Below are positions 1-9,713 of a DNA stretch of 64,000 nucleotides, one piece after another; the stretch's first letter is position 1, and every line of letters begins with the position of its first letter. The stretch is from Candidatus Saccharibacteria bacterium UBA3304 (GTDB lineage Bacteria; Patescibacteriota; Saccharimonadia; Saccharimonadales; Saccharimonadaceae). The stretch lies in the NCBI GenBank assembly GCA_002361425.1, contig DESW01000014.1, positions 376 to 64,375 on the forward strand, in the 5' to 3' direction. Below the pieces are notes generated by a model. It searched no databases and was not told where the DNA came from. It saw nothing but the letters and a program-made list of their open reading frames with translations. Both the position numbers and the translations under genes were made by a program.

Positions 1-245
1 CGAATTTCCTGAACAATACCAATCAGCGTATTAGCAATAATAATCGGCAAAAATGTAATATCGCGATAAGAATGAACCGCGCAGAGTAGAATTGCAATTG
101 CTGCGAAGACGAAGTTGAAATAAGTAAAGGTGTTCGTCGCGACAATCTTCTTAATCGACTTTGAAGGTGGTTTGACGGCAGTATTTACTTGTCCAGCAAA
201 GCGCGCTTTGCGGACCTGTTCACGAGTTAGACCTTTTTTCTCCAT
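1..245 (-). CDS. P-type cation-transporting ATPase, N-terminal part (runs off window)
   Basis: Manual translation from ATG 245: MEKKGLTREQV...NTFTYFNFVFAAIAILLCAVHSYRDITFLPIIIANTLIGIVQEIR, matching the GL(T/S)xxEV...N..IG..QE N-terminus of P-type ATPases. Confidence 0.8.
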   Translation of the reverse strand, partial: MEKKGLTREQVRKARFAGQVNTAVKPPSKSIKKIVATNTFTYFNFVFAAIAILLCAVHSYRDITFLPIIIANTLIGIVQEI

Positions 246-298
246 AGATATATTTTAACACGCCAACGCGTTTAAGCTTGTAGTGATATACTAGATAT

Positions 299-1522
299 AT
301 GGCTAAACAAACTGCGAAGAAAAATGAAACGAAAGAGCTCTATTATCAGAGCCCTGCAATTGAACGAAAAGTAGACCTTACTACTACTGTTATTATTAGT
401 GCAATCGCACTATTCGGTGGCCTTTTAATTGGCGCCAACTGGAATACTATTGAAGCTAATCTTGGTATGAAAAAGAAAGTCGCGACCGTCGACTTTTCAG
501 CCTTGAATGATGTCTATGAAAAGCTCGCTGAGAATTATGATGGCGAACTCGATAAAACTAAGATTATCGAAGAGGCTAAGCGTGGTCTCGTAAAAGCAGC
601 TGGTGATGACTACACCTATTATCTGACTGCAGCTGAGGCTGATGAATTTCAGAAAGATTTAAATGGCGATGTCGGTGCTGGTATCGGTGTCGAGATTGGC
701 CAGCGTGACGGCTATGTAAAAGTTCTTCGCACTACGCCAGACAACCCAGCTCGCAAAGCGGGCGTTCTCGCAGGCGATATTATTTATAAGGCTGACGACG
801 AAGATATTTCGATGCTTACCGTTGAGGAAGTTGCCAAGAAGTTTCGCGGTGCGGCTGGCACGAAAGTGAAATTAACTGTCGTCCGCGGCAATGAGGAAAA
901 AACCTTTGAATTAACTCGTGAAACTATCAATAACGTTTCTGTCTATGCTGATTATCAGGGTAAGACCGCAATCCTTACTATTTCTCGTTTTGACCAGGAT
1001 ACTGGACGTCTCGCTCGCGAAAAGGCAAAAGAGGCTCTCACTAAAGGTTGCGACAAGTTCATTATCGATCTTCGCGGCAACGGCGGTGGTTATGTCAGTG
1101 CAGCAAAAGAAGTTGCTTCGCTCTGGATTGACGGCAAGGTAGTTGTTGAACAGAAGTCGAGCAACGGTCTCTATAATGAAAAGACCTATGCGAACCGTGG
1201 TCAGGCTATTCTTGCAGGCAAGAAAACTATCGTCCTCACCAACGGTTCTACTGCTAGTGCAAGCGAAATCGTTGCTGGCGCTCTCAAGGATTATAATCTT
1301 GCAACTCTCATTGGCGAGAAGACTTACGGCAAGGGTAGTGTTCAGGCACTCGAAAACCTTACGACCGGCGAAATGCTTCGCGTAACGGTTGCTAAATGGT
1401 ATACGCCAAACGGCAAGAATATTAATCATGAAGGTATCGAGCCGGACCAAAAAGTCGAGCGTACTTTCGAGCAAATCAACAAGGATGAAGATCCTCAGCT
1501 CGACGCCGCACTGAAATACTAG
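299..1522 (+). CDS. S41 family carboxyl-terminal processing protease (PDZ + tail-specific protease)
   Basis: N-terminal TM segment, GIGVEIG PDZ, DLRGNGGG, TASASEIVAGAL and GEKTYGKGSVQ motifs. Confidence 0.93.
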   Translation: MAKQTAKKNETKELYYQSPAIERKVDLTTTVIISAIALFGGLLIGANWNTIEANLGMKKKVATVDFSALNDVYEKLAENYDGELDKTKIIEEAKRGLVKAAGDDYTYYLTAAEADEFQKDLNGDVGAGIGVEIGQRDGYVKVLRTTPDNPARKAGVLAGDIIYKADDEDISMLTVEEVAKKFRGAAGTKVKLTVVRGNEEKTFELTRETINNVSVYADYQGKTAILTISRFDQDTGRLAREKAKEALTKGCDKFIIDLRGNGGGYVSAAKEVASLWIDGKVVVEQKSSNGLYNEKTYANRGQAILAGKKTIVLTNGSTASASEIVAGALKDYNLATLIGEKTYGKGSVQALENLTTGEMLRVTVAKWYTPNGKNINHEGIEPDQKVERTFEQINKDEDPQLDAALKY

Positions 1523-1554
1523 ATGTGCTAAACTAATAGAATAAAGGAGGAGTT

Positions 1555-2523
1555 ATGCCAGAATTTGATGTTTTCCAGTGGGCAAATAACGTCGATGAAA
1601 TCAAAAACAACGTTTCAGTAGAACTATTTCTATTTAATAAAAATTACACACCATACAAAGTCCGCTATTCCGATGTCTTGATGCAGGCGATCCGCAGTAT
1701 GTTCATGCTCGAGGCTGTTGAGTATATCATCAAGGAGGCAGATAAAGGTCTTGAATGTCGCGAATATGAGCTTTCTGATGGCGAAGATAAGGTTATTTAT
1801 CGCATCGCGCTCGACAAGGTTGGCCGTGCCGAAACCCTCATTCATCTTATCGAAAATGAGTACAAAGATATCGCTTACTTTACCGATGACGAGTACGAAT
1901 TCAAGCGCATCAAGGGTATCATTGCAAAGTTTAGCTATCCTGGCGATGATGGCCAGAAGACTTTTTATATCGCCAAGAACCTCGCTGCTAGCGCTGCGCT
2001 AAAAGGCAAGCTTAGCTGGGAGCTTAACGGCGAAAGCTTTGAGCCTCTTACTGCCGATCTCGCTATCAAGGTCCCAGAGGGCAATGAAACTGCTATCGTT
2101 GACGGCCAGATTGTCATCTTCAACCAGTCCAAGTTCGAAAAACTCTTCCAATTCGATTACAAACAGCAGCTCATCTCCGAGCAAAAAGCTAAAGAGCTTG
2201 AAGAGACTTACAAGCTCAGCTTCCCAGAAGGCCTCACTCTTAATGCTCTTCTTGAGGATAAAAAACCTCTCGTTAAGAAACTTCAAAGTGTTGAGATTGG
2301 CGAGATGTCTCAGGAACAACTCCTTGATTATGCTGACGAAATGCAGCTTGAGCTCATGACTGATGACCAGAACAAAATCATCATCATGGACGACAAAGAC
2401 CTCGGTATGTTTGTTAATTTGCTCAGCGAAGATTACTTCGTTTCTCCAGTAAACGGCCGCCGTTACGAGATTAAGAGCAAGAAACTCCTCGACGAGCCAG
2501 AGGGCGAACCTCCACGTGGCTAA
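1555..2523 (+). CDS. DUF4868 / Kiwa KwaB-like domain protein
   Basis: IFNQSKFEKLF and C-terminal LLSEDYFVSPVNGRRYEIKSK resemble the DUF4868 signature; AAGGAGG SD. Confidence 0.7.
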   Translation: MPEFDVFQWANNVDEIKNNVSVELFLFNKNYTPYKVRYSDVLMQAIRSMFMLEAVEYIIKEADKGLECREYELSDGEDKVIYRIALDKVGRAETLIHLIENEYKDIAYFTDDEYEFKRIKGIIAKFSYPGDDGQKTFYIAKNLAASAALKGKLSWELNGESFEPLTADLAIKVPEGNETAIVDGQIVIFNQSKFEKLFQFDYKQQLISEQKAKELEETYKLSFPEGLTLNALLEDKKPLVKKLQSVEIGEMSQEQLLDYADEMQLELMTDDQNKIIIMDDKDLGMFVNLLSEDYFVSPVNGRRYEIKSKKLLDEPEGEPPRG

Positions 2524-3289
2524 ATATCTTATCGATACACATACTCATATTCATGACCCGACTGACCGCGAGTTAAGCGCAGCCGATACTTTTCGCCATG
2601 CTCATGAATTGGGCATCGATAAGATTATTACAATTGGTACTGATCCGCAAAACTCCCTTCAGGCAAAGGAGTTTGCTGAGGAATGGGCGGGGAAAGGCGA
2701 GAGAATCTTCTGGACTTACGGCTTCCATCCGAATGAATACGTCGAAAAAGACCGTGCCAACTTGACAAATACGCTAAATATGGCCTCAGAGGCCCTTAAA
2801 AGCCCGCAGAACGTCGGTGTCGGCGAAATAGGCCTAGATTATCATTTTGATGGTTATAGTGTTGAAATGCAGCGAGAATTGCTTCTAGAGATGCTTCAAC
2901 TAGCCCAGGATAATCGAAAACCGGTCTCTTTCCATGTCCGCGATGCTTTTGGCGACTTCTGGCCTATCTTCGATAACTTCAAACTTCCAACTTCCGTCAT
3001 GCATTCCTTCTCGGACAGTAAGAAAAATCTCGCCGAAGCCCTAAAACGCGGTCTCTATATCGGCGTGAATGGCCTCTCTACTTTTGCTGATATTGCGCAC
3101 CCTCCTCTCGAGAGAGCAGTCTTTGAAACAGATGCCCCCTACTTGACACCGAAGCAATTTCGTGGTACAATGAATAAGCCTGGTTATGTAAAATACGTAG
3201 CCGAATGGGCAGCCGAATATTATAAGGTTGAATTCGGCGAAGTCGCTAGAATTACGACTGAAAACGCCGAAAAAATCTTCAAAATATAA
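2516..3289 (+). CDS. tatD: TatD family hydrolase/DNase
   Basis: DTHTH, GFHP, VGEIGLDY, HVRDA, MHSFS and ETDAPYL motifs. Confidence 0.93.
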   Translation: MAKYLIDTHTHIHDPTDRELSAADTFRHAHELGIDKIITIGTDPQNSLQAKEFAEEWAGKGERIFWTYGFHPNEYVEKDRANLTNTLNMASEALKSPQNVGVGEIGLDYHFDGYSVEMQRELLLEMLQLAQDNRKPVSFHVRDAFGDFWPIFDNFKLPTSVMHSFSDSKKNLAEALKRGLYIGVNGLSTFADIAHPPLERAVFETDAPYLTPKQFRGTMNKPGYVKYVAEWAAEYYKVEFGEVARITTENAEKIFKI

Positions 3290-3304
3290 AAGGGAGAGCT
3301 AGTT

Positions 3305-3568
3305 ATGGATTACGAAGAAGATAGTTCTGTTTTCCAGTTGCCGACAAATCCTAACGTCGCGCCAGCTGTTGTTTTTGAGGCTCCAAAAGCACCAGAAACC
3401 CCTGTTTCTAGTGTTGCTGAAGCTGCAAAAGTAACTCCAGTGGTACAGTCAGTTGCTCCTATCGTTTCGGCTGATAATCTTTCTGATCAAGCTCTATTTA
3501 ACGAACTTAACGCTGTTTCCGAGGAAGTCATCGAATGTCGAAATCGTATCTTAAGCAAAATCTGCTAG
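3305..3568 (+). CDS. Hypothetical protein, Pro/Ala/Val-rich
   Basis: ORF with GGGAG SD directly after tatD; no recognisable motif. Confidence 0.55.
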   Translation: MDYEEDSSVFQLPTNPNVAPAVVFEAPKAPETPVSSVAEAAKVTPVVQSVAPIVSADNLSDQALFNELNAVSEEVIECRNRILSKIC

Positions 3569-3888
3569 GAATTCTTCGCAAGCAACCAAACGCCGACGCG
3601 CGCCGTGCTGCCGCAGAAAAGGATCTAATTAACGCTGAGTCTGCGCTCGGTCGCACGCTTTTTGGTAATGTTGCTCCAGGTCATCAGCGCGAATTTTTCA
3701 TGTACAAGAAAAACGTTTGGATTTGGCACGAAGATGGTCAGACGATTCGTTATGAAGTCCGCCAAAACGGTGTCTTCAAAAAAGTCGACGAAAGCGGCTA
3801 TCATAAGGTAACCGGCGAAGAACTTGAACACTTTCGTAAGGCGGCTAGCGCTTATCTCGCGCTAGTGAAGTCGCGGATTTATAAGTAA
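3535..3888 (+). CDS. Hypothetical protein
   Basis: ORF with AESALGRTLFG...REFF...WIWHE...RYEV pattern that I recall from Saccharibacteria hypotheticals. Confidence 0.7.
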   Translation: MSKSYLKQNLLGILRKQPNADARRAAAEKDLINAESALGRTLFGNVAPGHQREFFMYKKNVWIWHEDGQTIRYEVRQNGVFKKVDESGYHKVTGEELEHFRKAASAYLALVKSRIYK

Positions 3889-5083
3889 GCGCCACGACAA
3901 TCGGAATCGTAATAGCGTGACCGACGACCAATGGCAACATCCAGTCGCTATGTCCAAGATAGAAGAACATTAGGAGTGGAATAATACTAAGAACGCGCCC
4001 TAATGTCAGCCAAAGTTCGCCAAGAATCTCAATCTCAATTCGGTATGCATCATCGTGTACCGATTTTTTGAGTTCATCTTGGTGATAGACGGAGAAAATC
4101 GCACTGCTATAAAGCGAGCCAATTACTGCATTGGTGTAGATGAAGAGCACGATTGCGATAACGAAATTACCGGGGAAGAATATTGCCGAGAGCGGCAAGA
4201 GAATTGTTGCTGGCATTAATCCGTAAACGAGCATATCGCTCTTTGCGGAAGCCTTTGTTCTGAAGCGGCGATATAGCAAAAGCAGAACAATAGTAACGAC
4301 ACTAGTTGCGGATTGAATACTACCAAGTTCTATGTCGGAACTCGTAGAGTTATAGAGATTTAGCTGTGCTACGATGCCGTAGGCGCAGCCGGTCATTGCG
4401 AAACCGCGCAAAGTCTGCAGCCATAGCGTACGGCGGATCGACTTATGTGCCACTGCATAATTGAGTGTTTCTCTGAGTGAGCGAGCTTTGATTTTGGTTG
4501 GATGTGTCGGGCGAAGTAAGATGGAGAGTAGCAACTGTACGGTCGAAATAATAAGAACGACAATCGCGGCGCGCTCATAGCCTGCGTCAGCGATGACGAT
4601 ACCGAGAATAATTGGCATTGCAATCTTCACGGTTTCTACAAAAATCTGGCGCAATGTATTAAACTTGTCGCGCTTATCGTTGCTAACTTCTTTAATTTCC
4701 AAGAAGTCTTTCGGGCGCCAATAAAGCTGGGCTTCAAGCGCACTTAGAAAACCGATGATAAGCGGGAAGAAGACGTAATTGCCTGGAATAAAAATCACAG
4801 CAATCATCTGCGTGATGCTAAAAAACATACTGGCGCGCCAGGCGTTGAGCGGGTATGCGCGCAAAACATCGGTAAGCAAAACACAGAGAATGCCATTGAA
4901 GGCATAATGCGATAGCTGGTAAGTAAGGAAGCTAATCGGCGAATTCTTGAGTGAGATTGTAATCATGAACGCCATCAAAAAGATACCCATGAATGACGAC
5001 TTGCTGTTATAAAGCACGTCTACCGCGATGAGAATATTCTCATTCGTTTTCAGCTTCTTAATCTTCCGAAAAAGCTTATGCAT
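3845..5083 (-). CDS. MFS-like multi-pass membrane transporter
   Basis: 412 aa with about 12 hydrophobic segments in two bundles. Confidence 0.7.
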   Translation of the reverse strand: MHKLFRKIKKLKTNENILIAVDVLYNSKSSFMGIFLMAFMITISLKNSPISFLTYQLSHYAFNGILCVLLTDVLRAYPLNAWRASMFFSITQMIAVIFIPGNYVFFPLIIGFLSALEAQLYWRPKDFLEIKEVSNDKRDKFNTLRQIFVETVKIAMPIILGIVIADAGYERAAIVVLIISTVQLLLSILLRPTHPTKIKARSLRETLNYAVAHKSIRRTLWLQTLRGFAMTGCAYGIVAQLNLYNSTSSDIELGSIQSATSVVTIVLLLLYRRFRTKASAKSDMLVYGLMPATILLPLSAIFFPGNFVIAIVLFIYTNAVIGSLYSSAIFSVYHQDELKKSVHDDAYRIEIEILGELWLTLGRVLSIIPLLMFFYLGHSDWMLPLVVGHAITIPIVVALTYKSATSLARDKR

Positions 5084-5112
5084 ATACCAGACTATTATAC
5101 CTCAATTATCCC

Positions 5113-5274
5113 GCAATTATCCCTGCGAAAGCCCCTGAATATTAGGCTTCTCAGGAAGCTCGCGCAGGCCACGGGCCGAGCGCGAGGAGCGAGCTACCCG
5201 CAACGGCGGGCTAGCTCGACGACGCTCTTCCTCGAGAAGCCTGATATGAAAGGGCTTTTTGCGGTATAATATGC
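5113..5274 (+). repeat. Structured intergenic element, copy 1 (long stem plus two-hairpin apex)
   Basis: Outer arms atattaggcttctc-aggaag / cttcct-gagaagcctgatat; apex shares GCAGGC..GCCGAG and CCCGyAACGrCGGGC with copies at 34607 and 60171. Confidence 0.85.
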
Positions 5275-5277
5275 AAT

Positions 5278-6426
5278 ATGATTTATCTCGATTATGCTGC
5301 GGCAACACCGCTTTCCGAAAAAGCCAAACGCGCTATGCTGCCGTATTTTGATGAGAAATTCTTCAATCCTTCCGCCGCCTACCTCCCGGCAACCGAAACG
5401 CGTAGAGAATACGAGCAGGCAAAAGCTGATATTGCGCACGTTATTGGCGCAAAAGCCGCCGATCTTGTAATGACTTCTGGCGCAACCGAGGCCAACAGTC
5501 TCGTTTTTGCTTCCGTCCCAGATGATGCTGAAGTTCTTATTTCTGCAATTGAGCATCCGTCTATTCTCGAAAACGCCAAGCAGAAAAACTATAAAACTAT
5601 TTCCGTTGATGAATCTGGCCGCATTAATCTCGATGATTTGCGTGCAAAAATTACGCCTAATACGCAATTGATTTCTATCTGTCTAGCAAGTAGCGAGCTC
5701 GGTACTATTCAGCCGCTTAGCGATATTGCGCGCATTGTCGTAGAGGAGCGTACGCGCCGTGCTTTCGCCGGCGAAAAGACGCCGATCTATTTCCATAGTG
5801 ACGCATCACAGGGTCTTGGTCTTATGGAGGTCAAAGTCTCGCGCCTCGGCGTCGACCTGCTCACTATTAATGCTGCGAAAGTCTACGGCCCGAAGGGAAT
5901 TGGCGCACTTTATATTGGACATAATGTCCGCCTTAAGCCGCAAACTCATGGCGGTGGCCAGGAGCTCGGTCTTCGTAGTGGCACGGAAAACGTCCCGGCA
6001 ACTATTGCTTTTGCTACTGCGATTATGGAGGCTGAAAAACATCTTGCCGGCGAACGCAAACGCCTAGCCGATCTGCGCGCGAAGTTTAAAAAACTCCTTT
6101 CGGAAAAGATTGACGGCATTGAATTTCTCGGCAAGGAAAAAACTCAGCTCGCAAACTTTATGCCGATTTCTATTCCAGGCCTTGATGCCGAGCGTCTGAT
6201 TTTTGCCCTAGAAGAGCATGAAGTTTATGTTTCTACTGGCGCAGCTTGTGCCGCTAGCAAAGGTGAAAAATCCCCAACTCTCAAAGCGATCGGCTTGAAT
6301 GATATGCAAATTGCTGGCTCGCTTCGCATTACGCTCGGCCGCCCAACTGGCATCGATGACGTCGAAAAAGCTGCCGACGCTATTGCTCAGGTTGTCACTA
6401 ACGAGTGCGCTCGTTTAGCTAAATAA
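5278..6426 (+). CDS. iscS: Cysteine desulfurase (IscS/NifS family)
   Basis: YLDYAAATP, TSGATEAN, EHPS, KVYGPKGIG, RSGTENV and STGAACA motifs. Confidence 0.93.
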   Translation: MIYLDYAAATPLSEKAKRAMLPYFDEKFFNPSAAYLPATETRREYEQAKADIAHVIGAKAADLVMTSGATEANSLVFASVPDDAEVLISAIEHPSILENAKQKNYKTISVDESGRINLDDLRAKITPNTQLISICLASSELGTIQPLSDIARIVVEERTRRAFAGEKTPIYFHSDASQGLGLMEVKVSRLGVDLLTINAAKVYGPKGIGALYIGHNVRLKPQTHGGGQELGLRSGTENVPATIAFATAIMEAEKHLAGERKRLADLRAKFKKLLSEKIDGIEFLGKEKTQLANFMPISIPGLDAERLIFALEEHEVYVSTGAACAASKGEKSPTLKAIGLNDMQIAGSLRITLGRPTGIDDVEKAADAIAQVVTNECARLAK

Positions 6427-7179
6427 TTACCAGTGTCTAATTTTTGGGATAGATCCACTACCCGTGCCGCTACTTTCGGAAAATTGTTTTTGACGAGAGT
6501 AATTTTGAATATCTAGGCCATTCATGAGGTTATTGCGGAGTTCTTGCAGTTGACCTTCGTTAATTTGTGTTTCGGTGTATGGGTTTGATTCCTCTCCATC
6601 TTCGCCTTGGCCGTTCATTTCCGAAGTAATCTTTCCGCGTTTTTGCGATATGCGCTTTTTGGCTTCGCCGGCTTTCTTGTCGCGACTTTCGCTATTATCT
6701 TTACTGGCGCAATTATCTCCATATAAAATGCCTTCAGAGGCACTATAAAGCACAAGCGCCTCGCCGTAGTTGCCCTTTATGGTTTCCTGGTCTGCCTGCA
6801 TTTCGATACTATAAGCTAGGTTTGTGCGCACCTGACAGACCTTGTCGGCCGGAGGGTTGCTTCTTAAGCTACTGCGCAACTCGATTTCGGCTTGTGCGCC
6901 GTCGTTATCCTTGATGTATGCAGTACCGGCATTGTAATGTGCAATGTATGGCTCAATAATATTCGCCTTTGTTTGAAGGTTGCTGATAAAGATATTGAAA
7001 CCAGCATCGGCATTATTGTAGTTCATGTTATAGAGTATATTGAAAACACCAGGGCGAATGAAGAATAGGCCAGCGATTAATATAATGACGACTGGTGCAG
7101 CAGCATAAAGCATTAATTTCTTGCGGCGTTTTTTGCGTACGCTCTCTTGGTCGATAATGGACGGATCGAGATTTATCAT
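6427..7179 (-). CDS. Membrane-anchored TPR-like protein (BatC-like) of the MoxR cluster
   Basis: TM anchor, AHYNAGTAY and CQVRTNLA helical repeats; coupled to upstream vWA gene by ATGA overlap. Confidence 0.65.
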   Translation of the reverse strand: MINLDPSIIDQESVRKKRRKKLMLYAAAPVVIILIAGLFFIRPGVFNILYNMNYNNADAGFNIFISNLQTKANIIEPYIAHYNAGTAYIKDNDGAQAEIELRSSLRSNPPADKVCQVRTNLAYSIEMQADQETIKGNYGEALVLYSASEGILYGDNCASKDNSESRDKKAGEAKKRISQKRGKITSEMNGQGEDGEESNPYTETQINEGQLQELRNNLMNGLDIQNYSRQKQFSESSGTGSGSIPKIRHW

Positions 7180-8180
7180 TTTGCCACCTTTCTTTCTAGC
7201 AACAATACTTCAAGGACCGCATAGAAATCCCAAAGCAATAATGCTATAGCGATTAAAATGAAGAGCCAGTAGAAATCGCTGCTCACATTAGCCATATCGT
7301 CACTTCGATGATAAATGGCGGACTCGGTAGTAAAGTTATTTATATTGTCAAACTTATCGCCAGAGCTGGAACGACGGTAGTATTCGATGCCGATTTCATT
7401 TGCGACACTTTTGAGGCTGGCTTCATCTAATTTAGAAATATGCTCAAGACCGGAGGAATCTTTAATGAAAACTGAATTACTTATTGCTAATGCTTTCGTA
7501 GTGGAATCTATAGTTACTTCCCCAACATGTGTACCGTTAGTTGTACCGTAGCCGATTACTGCGCCGCCAACAATGTTTTGCTTGAGTTCTTTTGGTGTCG
7601 ATATTGGAGCATTATTGATATTTTCGCCGTCACTGAAGAAGAATAATAGACTGTCGCGGTTCTTATAGCGCTCGCCGTATTGTTTGACGCGAGTATTCGT
7701 CAAAACGAGCAGTTGTGACAGGTTGGAGTCTGCGCTGATTACGCTTTCTCTTGGTGACAGCGAACCGATGTAGGCTAATGCAGTATTCGCGTCATCAATA
7801 AGCGGCATTGCTTGGTAGACATTGTAGTCAAGTGCAATAATAGCGTACTTTGAACCCGGGAATAGCTCTACGATTTTTTTCATATCGTCAGTCATAACTT
7901 TGTAACGATATTCACTCATGCCGTTCATATCCTTCGCGGCCATGCTGCCGGTATTGTCGACGACAAAAAAGATATTTAGATTACTTAAATCGCGTTCAGC
8001 GCTGCCTCCGCTAATGCCGGGGCGTAGCATTGCGACAAAGATTAGCGCCAGGATTGCTAGGCGGCGTAGATTTCTTGCCTTGCGCAGCGGCTTTTTGGCT
8101 AGGCAAAATACTAGCATTGCCGCTGTTCCTGCGAGTAATAGATAGAGCACAAATAATGGCAGAATTGGTTTTAATGTCAT
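7176..8180 (-). CDS. vWA domain membrane protein (BatB-like)
   Basis: MIDAS-like VVDNTGSM, FFSDGE, GYGT and SKLDEASL; start set at ATG 8180 overlapping the upstream stop. Confidence 0.85.
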   Translation of the reverse strand: MTLKPILPLFVLYLLLAGTAAMLVFCLAKKPLRKARNLRRLAILALIFVAMLRPGISGGSAERDLSNLNIFFVVDNTGSMAAKDMNGMSEYRYKVMTDDMKKIVELFPGSKYAIIALDYNVYQAMPLIDDANTALAYIGSLSPRESVISADSNLSQLLVLTNTRVKQYGERYKNRDSLLFFFSDGENINNAPISTPKELKQNIVGGAVIGYGTTNGTHVGEVTIDSTTKALAISNSVFIKDSSGLEHISKLDEASLKSVANEIGIEYYRRSSSGDKFDNINNFTTESAIYHRSDDMANVSSDFYWLFILIAIALLLWDFYAVLEVLLLERKVAK

Positions 8181-9232
8181 AGTTTCAGTCTCCAGATTAA
8201 TGCGACGAATATTATGAAACAAACACCAGAGACGTATAATGCTATTTCTGGTTTATCGATATAGACTACTTCTGGTGCACCATCCATCTTTGCCGTTTCC
8301 TGATCCATAATTTCATGAATAATCGACTCGGTTGTATGCTCGGTATCGAGCGGGACTGCTACACCGTCGACAATTTTATAATAATCCCCTAAATCGTAAA
8401 ATGTACCGTTCGTTAGTTTTGTAGCGTCTATGAACTCATTTTTTTGTTGTGTATTGTTTATGGACGGGATGTATAGGCCGTAGAATGTGACGCCGTAGCG
8501 TTTTGCATACCGAGCGACCTGTTCTATGTCTATACTCTGAGTGCTTCTGTTCATATAGTCTAAATACCCGTTATCAGTAGCGACGATTACGCTTTTTGCT
8601 CGTTTATTATTATCTGATAGGTCAAGACTATTTACGCACCCCATAACTCCATCGCCGATAGCCGAGGTCGAACTACCGAATACCATATCTGCTGAGATTG
8701 GCGCAAAGCGGGAAGTCGCGGAATATGAAGTGCTTTTTTTGTCGAAAGATAAGTTGTTTAATATTTCTGCGAGAGCATCATAATCATCAGTCGGAGGGAT
8801 TAGGTTTGCTGGTTTTCCGTCGAAGATAGTAACCGCTATGCGCTGCTCGGATAATCCGTTTGCAATTTTCTTAAAATATTTTAGGATTTCGTTCATATAT
8901 GAGTACATCGAACCACTCACGTCTAAACAGAGCACCACGTCTCGCTTTTCCGATTCCGATCTACGCTCATCGCGAGAAGTTGGCCTTGCGGCGACGGCCG
9001 TAAGAGAAAATAGCGCGGCTAGAAAAGCTACGGCAGCGCAAGCCATCAAAATGCGGTAACGTGTAACGGCACGGCGATAGGCTGGAAGCATCTTAATTGT
9101 CTTCGTATGTGCAATCACGGCGACGCGTTTCAAGTCGCGATCGTGGCTATGTATGCGGTAGCGATACCAGGCGATGAAAATAATAATTGCGATTGCAATC
9201 GGCGGAATGATAAATAGCCAAGTATACTTCAT
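8177..9232 (-). CDS. vWA domain membrane protein (BatA-like)
   Basis: MIDAS LDVSGSM, P(P)TDDY, AIGDG and ATDN; TM segments at both ends. Confidence 0.87.
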   Translation of the reverse strand: MKYTWLFIIPPIAIAIIIFIAWYRYRIHSHDRDLKRVAVIAHTKTIKMLPAYRRAVTRYRILMACAAVAFLAALFSLTAVAARPTSRDERRSESEKRDVVLCLDVSGSMYSYMNEILKYFKKIANGLSEQRIAVTIFDGKPANLIPPTDDYDALAEILNNLSFDKKSTSYSATSRFAPISADMVFGSSTSAIGDGVMGCVNSLDLSDNNKRAKSVIVATDNGYLDYMNRSTQSIDIEQVARYAKRYGVTFYGLYIPSINNTQQKNEFIDATKLTNGTFYDLGDYYKIVDGVAVPLDTEHTTESIIHEIMDQETAKMDGAPEVVYIDKPEIALYVSGVCFIIFVALIWRLKL

Positions 9233-9233
9233 A

Positions 9234-9713
9234 TTACTGCTCCCTCACAATCTGGCGTGCCTTTTCGGCAGCGTCCGCCACAGAACCTTTTTCGAGCGTA
9301 TCGAACTCATCTGGATAATAGCCGTCAACCAACTCGGCGAGCTTCTTATAATTCGACTTTTTAATATCGCTAAGCGTCATTACGTCAGCATGGAAGCCCA
9401 TACCTTCATAGAAGAAGAGGCGTACAATCAAGCTAAGTTGCTGGTGGCACTGTGAAGCTTTGATCTGGCGACGCTTAAAGCGCTCCTCGGCTTCGTTAAT
9501 CATCTTCAAATACTTGTCGCGCAAAACATTCATATTAACCACCTTCGGTGCGGTGACTTTGAGCGTACTGATAGTCTTAATTTCCTTCTTACGCGTAGCG
9601 TAAATAATCGCAATAATTGTACCGATTGCGATGCCTAGCAAAAGCAAACCAATCATTGCCCAAATTGGTGAGTAATTAATTGGACCGTAGTAGAGCATCT
9701 TATCTTCTGACAT
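9234..9713 (-). CDS. Single-TM hypothetical protein of the MoxR cluster
   Basis: TM segment then LSLIVRLF...MTLSDI...YPDEF; typical position between DUF58 and vWA genes. Confidence 0.7.
   Translation of the reverse strand: MSEDKMLYYGPINYSPIWAMIGLLLLGIAIGTIIAIIYATRKKEIKTISTLKVTAPKVVNMNVLRDKYLKMINEAEERFKRRQIKASQCHQQLSLIVRLFFYEGMGFHADVMTLSDIKKSNYKKLAELVDGYYPDEFDTLEKGSVADAAEKARQIVREQ

Noticed and set aside
3305..3888. Possible frameshifted single gene
   Set aside because: Both ORFs have plausible SD and start codons and no slippery site is evident; kept as two genes.
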